Part shown: positions 38,501-48,374 of the stretch, in pieces
Numbering within the stretch: the stretch's first letter is position 1
Layout: every line of letters starts with the position of its first letter
Assembly (NCBI GenBank): GCA_004764695.1
Contig: SMSO01000037.1
Span: 2,084,747-2,148,746, forward strand
From: Schizochytrium sp. TIO01
Taxonomy: Eukaryota > Protista > Bigyra: Labyrinthulomycetes
Direction of reading: 5' to 3'
Length of the DNA stretch: 64,000 bases
Translations under genes and position numbers: made by a program
The notes under the pieces: model-generated
Databases searched by the model: none
What the model was told of the DNA's origin: nothing
What the model saw: only the letters and a program-made list of their open reading frames with translations

Positions 38501-38842
38501 ACTGTGGACGCGCGAGGAATTTCTCTTGCAAATTTGCAAGATCTCATTGCGGATCCATTGCCACCAAATCCTTCGAATGAGCGTGAGAGTTCCCTTGCAA
38601 AGGTCCAGGATCTCATGGGAGAAACCGAATCAAGTACTTTAGATGGAACTTCAATATACATACAACCTAGTGCAACGTCATCAGTAACTGTTAGCAGCGC
38701 AGACCGGTCCTTGGAGGATAAGGCCTTTGCACTCACCACAAATGTTAAGGATAACAACGAACTCCAGAACAAAAGCGACTCCGTCGTGGTCGAGGATGAA
38801 AGTTACAGTGATGCTGAATTTGACGATAATACTTCCGATTGA
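32536..38842 (+). CDS. Large uncharacterised EF-hand-containing protein, ~2080 aa, 2 exons
   Basis: Kozak GCCACCATG at 32536. A 58-nt phase-0 intron at 33520-33577 (GTGCAT...CACTAAC...GAAG) joins the 367-aa and 1772-aa ORFs in frame. EF-hand loops DRNKDGQIDFKND, DANSDGVVSVGDF and DTVDLGIVSIPRF. Confidence 0.8.
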
Positions 38843-40017
38843 ATTCCTGTAATTGATTGAATGTGTAATGAAATGAGACATTTCCTAAAGCTAGCCAATT
38901 TACATTATTTTTCTATATTTGATGCTGGAACAAATACTGCTGATGCCATATTATAAGTGAGTCCTTAAGCCACCCAAAATATCAGCAGTACATTTCTCTT
39001 GAAACATTACATTGTGTAATCTATCATGTGTGCATCTTTTAGATACTTCACCCAACTTTTGAATTACTGAGTGGTGTTAGTGAAAATCGCGAACAATAAG
39101 ATTTGAAATTAGAAGTAGTCGTACTCACAGGCGCTAAGCGTTTCATTCAAGCTTTTAGGTTTATCAATGACTATCAAATTGAAAAGAATCGATTGTTTAC
39201 CTCTATTCATCTCTGCTGAACGTTGTATTAGGTGATGGGATATTCTTGATGCATGGTCTTCTAGTAGGGCGCCTTCGTGAGTTGGAACTATGGGGCAATT
39301 GTTTGTACATTTAGAAAGTGCGACTATACTATGGGGAAGTTTTCTCTTTGTAACAGGGTGCCTGCTTATTTTTGTACAAGGTACAACAAGGCATACATGT
39401 ATTTTAAAGTTGCCATAACATGAATTTATTGCAAAGGAACATTTACAATAATATTAGAAGAACTCAAACTCTGCTTTTTTCGTCAGGGTGATCAGAGCTA
39501 ACATTTTCCTTGTTTTGCTTTTGTAAGAGATCAACTCGCGTAAAAGTTCAGTTTTCAGTATACTCTCCGCTAGTTAATTGCATCCAAATGAAAAAAAAAA
39601 AATCTCAATCCTTCTTCAATACGTATTGGAGTCACAATCCAACTGTGAGGTCTATTTCTTTATCTAACGATTGGCTACAAACAATAGCCTCACCCATTTC
39701 CATTTTCTGTGAGCCACACTACATAATGTATCTTTAAAGTTTTTCAAGGAAGGAGGCCCAGCACATTAAAGATTAGGATAAATTTTGAAACTAATGTTGT
39801 GAAGCGGAAAGTACCACAGAGCTCATGGGGAAATTATAAGAATACCACAGGTCAGAATATAATATTTGAAGAAGAAATAATGGCATAATACGATGAGGAT
39901 CCAGGGACGGGAGGTAGAACAAAAGAAGAGGGCCCTACAGGACTGCTTGGACACTGAGTTTTTGCATCACTCGTAATAAAACAACGAGAAGAGGTCAATA
40001 TAATTTTAGCAGGGCTT

Positions 40018-41433
40018 TTAGTGAGGAAGATGACAATCAAAGGGCTTACCCATTGAGCCCCACTTCTCAATAAGCTCATGCATGTTACTAAGACATCCAA
40101 CAAAAACCAAGTAAATTGACATGAGAAGAAAGAAGGCTAATACGGGATACTCCAGCAACGTTGCGCTAGGTGTTCTACCGCTGCGTGGTTTCGGGAGGTA
40201 GCGCACGGCTACAATCACCATGAATGCAGGGACACCAAAGGTAAGAGGTGCGGTTGAAAGTGCAGCAACGAATCCCATTAGGTGGGAAAAGAATGGAATT
40301 CCGTTTGCAATAAAGAATGAGAGTAAAAGAAGCGAGACACTGATGGTAAACCATTGACGCTTCTCAGCATACGTACCTTTGTCTACATCGTTCGGTCGCC
40401 ACCGAACATGAATTGCACGGCCAATAACTTGTTGCGCTAACACATATGAGATGCAAACGTGGAAGAAGAGCAGCAAAGATGCAACGGTCTTAGCGGGCCC
40501 ATGCGGAAGCGCAAAAAGGACATTACCCTCAATTTTGTCACCATATACATGATAGCAAGACAATGCTACCAGTAAATAAACACAGAGAATGCCCGCGGTT
40601 GTAAGTGTTACAGCACGAGGGAAGTCGTCTGGATTGCGCATTTCAGCCATCGTCTCAAAATACAAGCCTTGGCCTCCGAATGAGAAAATCGCTGTGGTCA
40701 TTGCTGACATGAATTTGAAAAAGGTCGGTTTAGCATCGCCGGAGAGTACTATCATGTTATCCAGAAGGTCCTGAGAGGCTTTGGTGTAGTTAGTAATCTC
40801 AAGCTCGTCAATTTGGGATTTCTCGATGTGTGAGGAGTAAGTCACCGCCAAGACAATGATCAACGCAAAAAATATTGCCACTGCAGAGGCAGCAGCCGAG
40901 TAAGAGACGTTGTGGAGCGTGCGAAGCTGGCAAAAGGGAAGGAGAAATATGACAGTAACAACCGTATACCACCATTTGCACCACGTGGCGCCATAGAAGG
41001 CAGCCTGCAAGGTCTCAGCGCAGGTAAGAACATAAATAGCAAGGTTTCCAAAGAAAGCAATGTAAATAAAGCCAAAGACTAGCTTTTGACCGCGCCTACC
41101 AATGACTTCGTAGGCCATGTCTCCGTAGGTAATACCTTGTGGGAACCATGCTTGCAGACGATAGAGCAAAATTCCTGAGTATAGGCTGAGTAGTGCAAAC
41201 GAAAACAGGACAATGATGCCTGCAGTTGGGCCAATCACTGCAAATGTATGAGGCAATGCAAGTACCCCGGTGCCAACGAGTTCTGCCACCAGAATTGCAG
41301 CAGCATGGTACCATTCCTGAACGCGGGGCGGTGGCACATAGCCGGGACCGCGGTTTCTGCGAGTGTACTGGCTAGGACTAAGACTCAGGCCGCTGTCGTG
41401 GCGACCAGTGTCGAGAAGGCTTTCAGATGACAT
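40018..41433 (-). CDS. Amino acid/auxin permease (AAAP, Aa_trans family)
   Basis: Motifs AELVGTGVLALP, TYGDMAYEVIG and IFSFGGQGLYFETMAEMRNPDDFPRA; about 11 hydrophobic segments. Confidence 0.92.
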   Translation of the reverse strand: MSSESLLDTGRHDSGLSLSPSQYTRRNRGPGYVPPPRVQEWYHAAAILVAELVGTGVLALPHTFAVIGPTAGIIVLFSFALLSLYSGILLYRLQAWFPQGITYGDMAYEVIGRRGQKLVFGFIYIAFFGNLAIYVLTCAETLQAAFYGATWCKWWYTVVTVIFLLPFCQLRTLHNVSYSAAASAVAIFFALIIVLAVTYSSHIEKSQIDELEITNYTKASQDLLDNMIVLSGDAKPTFFKFMSAMTTAIFSFGGQGLYFETMAEMRNPDDFPRAVTLTTAGILCVYLLVALSCYHVYGDKIEGNVLFALPHGPAKTVASLLLFFHVCISYVLAQQVIGRAIHVRWRPNDVDKGTYAEKRQWFTISVSLLLLSFFIANGIPFFSHLMGFVAALSTAPLTFGVPAFMVIVAVRYLPKPRSGRTPSATLLEYPVLAFFLLMSIYLVFVGCLSNMHELIEKWGSMGKPFDCHLPH

Positions 41434-43593
41434 GATCTATGAAATATAGTAGAGGCTCCTCGCTTGAGAATTGAACAGTTTGCAGCTTATGCAACCTGCG
41501 TCTTTAAAAGGGACTCGAACAGAAAAGAAAGTTTGATTTTTCCAACCTTGAGCTTTGTTGATGCCCTTTGTCGGCCTTAATATACAGCTATCTAGAGGCT
41601 GTTCTTCACCTTCGTGAGCACTCACGAGAATCCCCGCTCAAGAGTCGGATTTACGCACGCCCAGATGTTGCAGCAGGCGTCAGCGAAGGTGTTTTCGAGC
41701 CCGCTACGTTGCTCGGGTGGCGCGAGAGCGGACCGCTGCGGGTCCGGTCTCCTTGGATCCGCGTGCTAGCCAGGGGTTCAAGATTTGCACGTCTACAAGG
41801 ACGTTCGTGGTTCGTGGATGGAATGAACGAAGAATAATGATCAATGATTGACAATCAATGATTGTCAAAACAAACAAAAGAAAAGGTTAAAAAAGAAAAG
41901 GTTAGTAAATAACAATAGGCCTTGCTAATGAGATGAAAGGAAAGACAAAAAAAAGAAAAGCAAAGCAAAAGGAAAAGAAAGGAAAAGACGACACGCAGTG
42001 ACGACAAGCACAACCAAAATGCGCGGAATCAAACCAACGTAGTTTTCCAGGACTATCTATTTTCCACTAGATACCTTTGACCATCCAGCAGTCCACGGAT
42101 GATCTAGTTCAGGGACCAAAGCTAGAGTTCAACCATTATGAAGGCTCCCTTAAACCTTCTTGGCCTGAGCACGGGATAAAAATTGAGACCGTCAGGTTAT
42201 ACCTATGGACGATATAGGTAGAGAAATTGATCCCATGAACCGAAGCTTTTCTTAAATCGAAGATCTTGCCGGTCTACAGCAGCTTGCCTGGCTCTAGCTT
42301 GCTCCTTTTTCTATTACGAGCTACAGTCTCCTCGAACTCTGGTAGCAAGGATGCACGTAGGGCAAAGCACGAAATCGAGAATGAGACTAAAGGTATTAGG
42401 TACGTGTTTCTATGCACCATGTTGAAGGAAACTCAGGAAAGGATATTCGTGTGAATTTTTCGAACATAATGTCTGCGCAAACCTTTCATTTCATCTAATG
42501 TATTCCAACGCATATAGAATGCACAGAAGTGCTATTCTGCGCAGTCATAATCATTAAAAAACACGTGACACTCAATCTACCTGTTATTTGAAGCCTGGCT
42601 TTCAGCTATTTCAAGAGAGTCCTTGCTGCAGTTCTATTATCGCGACCCCAGTGTACCATGGTTTCTACAATGGAATCCCAGAATTTGCCACAGAATTCTC
42701 AACAATAGTACTACTCAACTGAGGCTGACTCTGGGTCCAGCGGCCTGTATACTTGTTTAGCAGAACTGGTGTCATGCTATTTGAGTTCAAGAACCAGTCA
42801 GTCAAGAAGTAATAATTCAACGTAATGCTCGTGGAGGGCACGACATGTTCCACACTGTCTTGCATGCGGAGTAGCAAAAGCAAATGAAACGGTGTTGGCT
42901 GGTGTGTGATAATAATGGCCATTTATAAAATTTTACATGGAAGTGCCAGGGGACTCTATCCCTTTTGTATAAATATTATCTATTTGCATTTTTATTTCAC
43001 TTTGTACCTGCTCTATGACTGAGCAAAGAACTGTTTTCTCCTCGGCAATCGGCAATTTCAAGATTCTAGGCAAACTTTAAATTTACTCTTCGCTCCGATA
43101 TTCCATTCTGGTCCTGTGCAAAATTTAGTAAATCACATTCTCGGTCCTGTTGCTAAAATTTCTATTTATAACTTTTGTAGAGAATCTTATGTGGCCCTCG
43201 CACGCTTTTGTATATTAATTTGCTTAGCGAGTAGTTTCATATGTCTGCTTCCAACTGTCTGTACAAGTATGCAAAAGTTAAGGGTTATCCTTGATGCTAA
43301 ACAGCTAGAAGCATGCTGTGAAACCAGATCAGATCTTATTTTCATATTTAGACTGCTATTTGTTCTTTGTGCACTCGTTGCTAAGTCAACGCCATTGATC
43401 TTAAATTTTGGGATTGTGAGATCGAAAGCAACTATGTGATAGTTGGTACCTTGATTCCATGTATTCTGATAATGAAGCATATCCACGGTGTCTGCTAATA
43501 AGCATCCACCAAACAAGTAAATAAAGCCTAACTCCAAAGGTTCCCAACACTCAAACCTCCAAGCAATAGACGACCGCTGCGCTCTCGAAGACA

Positions 43594-45147
43594 ATGAGTT
43601 CGAGCAGCGACCTTGACCCTGTGCCTGAGCGGCGGCGCTCCCGCCCTACTCATGCCCTGGGCGCTCCTTTGGACCTGCGCAGCGGTGCCATGTCCTTGGG
43701 AGAAGGTGATTATAACGATGAGGACGATGAGGCCGCCATGGAGGCCCTTCGGAAACGGCGTGATATTTCGCAGCGCGCGCTATCCGCTGTCATGGCAGGG
43801 TCACGGCCAAACGCTGCGAAGGCATCGACCTTCCTTTTTAAGGCACCACCACTCCTGGTGCTCCGCATTGACCACTCCGGGCAACACATGATCACTGAGA
43901 TGGAGCGTGATGAACTCCTCCGTGAGGCTCGCAGGGTCGTGCCCAAGCTCACAACGCGCAACGGATACGCCGTGCCAGTGAAGACGAAGGAAGAGCTGCT
44001 GAGCTCACTCGGCTCCGAAGCTGATGATACACGGAACTATGACAACTCAATTTCATCAGCATCTCGTAGCGGGAATGCTACGAATGGTGATCTCGCTGAT
44101 GATGACGACGATACGCTCGAAAACGACTTCCGCAGTGATGCTGGAACGGAACAGGATTGGACAGTGGCCTCGCAGGCGGGCTCGGCCGCCATGGAGTCAC
44201 TTCCGGCTTTCATGAAGCTTGACGCGCGCGAAACGCCAAAGAAACTAACATACAGAGGCACCTTGCAACCTCGAGATATCAGACTCTTTGATCCCGCATT
44301 CTCCAACACACACGATCCTGAAATTCTCGCGCGGAGGCACGCCACGCTGCTCAACTTAGATCCACTCAAGGCACTTGTGCTTTATGACAAATGCTTCATC
44401 TTCGTTCCCGACGGCTCCGACTCGCTCATGGGCAATATCCTTATGCGCATGAGGGAACTCGACGACGAAATTTCCGAAATGCCTTTTGAGATGAAGGTCT
44501 ACGAGGCTGTGCTAGCTACAACATGCTACAAACTCGAGGATATCTACAACAATTTGCGACCAGCGATCCTTAACAATATCAAGATGGTGCTCAAGTCTAC
44601 GCGAGGACCCATTCTAGAGAAATTGCGACATGTCAAGTCTCGGCTGGATAACCTTGACGCACGCATTGCGGCGGTACACAAAGCTCTGTCCGAATTACTT
44701 CGCTCCGACTCAGATATGGCACTCATGCAACTCACCAAGGCTCACGCCCATCCTGAACGCTACCTTACTGGAAACGAGGAAGACTGGGCTTTTGATCATG
44801 ATGAGATTGAACTCATGCTCGAGAACTACTTGCAGATCATTGACGGTGTACAGATTGGAATTCGAGATCTTGATGAGGACCTAGACTCCGCACAATCGTC
44901 AGTGTCTCTGCGTCTCTCTACTGCACAGAACAAGTTACTTGGTGTGGACCTCTTTGTCAGCGGCCTGACCGCTGCAAGTACGATTGGCGCTCTTATTGCG
45001 GGTCTTTTTGGAATGAATCTCAATAGTGGAGTGTCTGAGGCTCCTTATTGGTTCTGGGCAGTCTTTGGTAGTACCCTTGGTTTCATCCCAGTGGTGCTTT
45101 TCGGTCTGGTCTACAAGGTCCGCAGCCAGGGCCTTTTGATTTCATGA
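43594..45147 (+). CDS. MRS2: MRS2/CorA-family magnesium channel
   Basis: Motifs LQPRDIRLFDP, PFEMKVYEAVL and EIELMLENY; GMN signature (GLFGMNL) between two C-terminal TM helices. Confidence 0.93.
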   Translation: MSSSSDLDPVPERRRSRPTHALGAPLDLRSGAMSLGEGDYNDEDDEAAMEALRKRRDISQRALSAVMAGSRPNAAKASTFLFKAPPLLVLRIDHSGQHMITEMERDELLREARRVVPKLTTRNGYAVPVKTKEELLSSLGSEADDTRNYDNSISSASRSGNATNGDLADDDDDTLENDFRSDAGTEQDWTVASQAGSAAMESLPAFMKLDARETPKKLTYRGTLQPRDIRLFDPAFSNTHDPEILARRHATLLNLDPLKALVLYDKCFIFVPDGSDSLMGNILMRMRELDDEISEMPFEMKVYEAVLATTCYKLEDIYNNLRPAILNNIKMVLKSTRGPILEKLRHVKSRLDNLDARIAAVHKALSELLRSDSDMALMQLTKAHAHPERYLTGNEEDWAFDHDEIELMLENYLQIIDGVQIGIRDLDEDLDSAQSSVSLRLSTAQNKLLGVDLFVSGLTAASTIGALIAGLFGMNLNSGVSEAPYWFWAVFGSTLGFIPVVLFGLVYKVRSQGLLIS

Positions 45148-46078
45148 ATGGCATGGCCTGCCGGGCTTTCACCTTTCGCTGCTGTCCCTACTTTCTAAAC
45201 TACACTCTGTGCAATTATTCGGTGGTGGTGGTGATAGTGATGGTGATGGTGATGGACAATTGACGACGAAAATGACCATCCTTTCTCGTGCATAGACTGG
45301 TATCCTACAGCTAATTGGCCACTGTACATTATGTCTTCTTTAAACATTTTAAAATGCTTATACATCACACCGGGGTTGGTACTTCTTACTACTGCTTCAA
45401 ATCATCACGTTTCCATAACTAATAATATCTTCTATAATCATTTCATCATGTACTTTTTTTTCTCCCAAATGAAACAAAAGACTATACTCATCCCTCCCCC
45501 ACCACAAAAATAATCTTAACTTGAGGGCAATCCTCTTCTTTTCAGAAAGGAAACGGATCATGACCACCCAAACCTTAATTTTACGAAAGATTACTGTTCT
45601 GGTCGATAGTACATCTTGTAGCGGAACGTGCCTCACACCAAGTTCAAGTGTTTTGGTTTTGTCTTTTATGAATAGTGTTATGATACGCTCACTCAAAGCG
45701 AAGCAGATCCTGTGAAACGGTGAAAAAATATATATCAAACCGGGTTGTCGCAACTAACCTCACCTCAGCTAACTCGATACCGAATAAAGCAGCAATTCTA
45801 CATTATTTCCAAGATAATGACAGCATGGAATAAGAATGTATTCTCAGTGCCAGAACTCATGGTGTACTATATGAGTCACAGCATCACAATACATCGTATC
45901 ATAGGTCTCTCCTCCAGTGGTGTACGAATATACCCTATAGTGAAGTTCAACTAAAATACTCCTACACTACCCCTACCCTTATTGTTGCGAATAAAGAAGA
46001 AAGAAGCATTGCGGCCGTCAATACAGCAAAATAGAATCGAAGCGGATTTCATCGAGGTGTAGATCAACGCAGAGCAAG

Positions 46079-46770
46079 ATGTCGGAGGAAGCTGAGCAGC
46101 CCCAGGTTGCCGTGGAGGCGCCTAAGAAGCGCCGCTGGACAAAGTTTGCGGATGAGGTGAGTGCAACAACAAAGCAGAGCATCGGGACATGAGCGCGGCG
46201 TTTGGCGCCGCGGGGCCACGCATTGCAGACAAGAAACAAAACCTCAACTATTTTGGCGAAAAGATGATGGAAATAGGACACAGAAGGGGACTAACGGAGG
46301 AACTCAACTTTCTATGCTCTGTAACGCGATGCAAATGGTTATTGGTTTATTCGTCAACTCGTGGAAATGCGAATTTGGCGGACGGAAAATTGGTTATCAA
46401 CAAATGTGATGACAATCTAAACTATACTCTTTATTGTAATTTGCAATGAAACGCAAATTCATGGAATCAACACATCGGTCTGATGTGAATCTCGAAATGG
46501 GGTGGATTGCACTGTGTAATTAATATAAAGCGGCTCCGAGTGATGTTCCTTAATGAGGCCCGAGCTAAGTGCACTGACAAGATTCAGGACTATGTGAACT
46601 GCGCCAGAGACAATGGCCTCATGGTCGTCTTTAAATGCCGTCAGCACAACAAAGACATGAATGCCTGCGTCGCAGAATACACAACCGAAGACCTTTGGGA
46701 GACCTACCGCCAGCAGAAAATAGATCAGTACCTGGCTGAAGGTGCTATTGTGGCGCCCCCTCGCAAGTAA
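46079..46770 (+). CDS. Twin CX9C COX assembly mitochondrial protein (CMC1/CMC2 family), ~105 aa, 2 exons
   Basis: Exon 1 is 46079-46156 (MSEEAEQPQVAVEAPKKRRWTKFADE|GTGAGT); exon 2 is 46531-46770 after ATAAAG. It contains CTDKIQDYVNC and CRQHNKDMNAC (two CX9C motifs) with a VVFKCR motif. Confidence 0.85.
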
Positions 46771-46977
46771 GCAAAGCGACAAACATGAGAGATAATTGCC
46801 TCGCTGCAGGTTCTTACCCACTCCTAGTGAAGTTAGTTCTGGCAGCATGGAGAGGGGAGGCCCATGTTTAATTCAATAGATTGTGGAGAGGGAAATAATT
46901 GACAGGTCACATCTTTACATTCTCGCTTACGTTCTCTTCCTCTTCACTGCTACTCCTAAGCATACTACTTTTACTCT

Positions 46978-47986
46978 TCAATCTAGTACAACAATGTCAC
47001 TATTATTATCACCCGTGTCAGAATTTACATTTGACTTTGCGTTTGCATCATCGGCACCACCAACATCACTAGGTCGGATTTTTGTTCGACTTGACATATC
47101 CTGAGAAGAACTTGAGGCAAGATCGCGATCACGTTTCAGATTTGTCGGTAAGAGTTTATTTTCTTGCAAAAATTTACGGCGAATTTCTAGTGCCGATGCA
47201 TACAGATCCACGTCGACTCCTTCCATCGATGTTAAGACGCGCGCTCGAACTGCTGCTTGACCATTCTGCAAGTTATTTCATTTTGGTTAGCTTTCTTGGT
47301 CAACTTTCACTTCACCTCATTATGTATGCTAGCTAGCTCCTTTGCTACTTCACCTCATTATGTATGCTAGCTAGCTCCTTTGCTATCTTGTCACATACCT
47401 TTTCTGAGCCAATTTGAGGCAAGAAGTAAACATCACCAATAACTGAGAATAGGGCGTGTTGTTTGAGTCCATCGTCTGGTGTCACGAGGGACATATCGAC
47501 TGTGAGGCAGTCCTGCTGCCGGTTCGGGCACGGATCTTGAAATACTGCAGAGTCTTGCAAGGCATCGTAGTCGACCAAGCTTTCCTCATGTCCATGCAAA
47601 TGTGTTGTCCTCAGGGCCGAACCATTAAAATAGGAACGCAATACAATGTTCATAATAGTTGTTTACAATAACCAAGAAACGTTCTCGTTGTAAAAGTCAG
47701 ACATCCTGTCGTTGGCATATAGGTATGAATCCTTGACCTTAAGAAGCATGTGCTACATCTAACAAATGGTCTTACGTTGATCCCCCTTTCAGAATCGGGA
47801 CATGTGCTCAAGAACAAGGTAACCCTACAGTGGGCACTAACCCTCTGAGCATTACAGACCATCGCCGTCACTCTTGCTTCCTCCACATCAAACTCACCGT
47901 CCAAGTACCCTTACAGATGCCCCGCTCTGCGCATTCCGCACTTCCGCCACATGAAGCAGCTCACCGCTCGCCGGAACCGCTGCCAT
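46978..47986 (-). CDS. TEN1: CST complex subunit TEN1 (telomere-capping OB-fold), ~185 aa, 3 exons
   Basis: Exons 47986-47898, 47579-47399 and 47265-46978. Introns are GTGAGT...GAAAG (phase 2) and GTATGT...GCTAAC...TTGCAG (phase 0). The spliced protein reads ...GASVRVLGRLVDYD...LTVDMSLV...LFSVIGDV...VRARVLTSMEGVDVDLYASALEIRRKFL, matching the TEN1 pattern. Confidence 0.85.
47309..47384. repeat. Perfect 38-bp tandem duplication inside TEN1 intron 2
   Basis: ACTTCACCTCATTATGTATGCTAGCTAGCTCCTTTGCT occurs twice. Confidence 0.95.
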
Positions 47987-48374
47987 GTTCACTCGAGAGC
48001 GGTCGTTAACTATTCAATTAAGCAATTGATTCACTTCTTTGGTTCACGACTTCCGTCGAAGAAAAAAAAAAAAAGGGGACAGGCAGCAAGTAATTTATAG
48101 AAAAGCTTAAAGTGATTTATACACCAATTTTCTATTTGTGGGCGCTATACTTCACTTGCTTTTGAAAAGCCCTTTCACTCCACCGAATCGATTGCTTGAA
48201 GAGACCACAGCACAGCAGACCCCAATTGATCGAAGAGGAGCCTTCGATCACAGACCTCTAAGAACCGACCGACCGGTCGACGATTGGTCGATCGACAAAA
48301 ATCTGTTGTCTTGCGTAAGTAATCTTGATCACTGTCGCATTACTGCGACTCAGCAGTGCCCGACTTTGACCACC
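47987..48374. promoter_or_regulatory. Probable bidirectional promoter between TEN1 and exportin-4
   Basis: 388-bp spacer between divergent ATGs, with a poly(A) tract at ~48062-48074. Confidence 0.5.

Noticed and set aside
48138-48374. ORF-track N-terminal extension of exportin-4 from a GTG
   Set aside because: Eukaryotic gene; the Kozak ATG at 48375 coincides with the start of the karyopherin domain.
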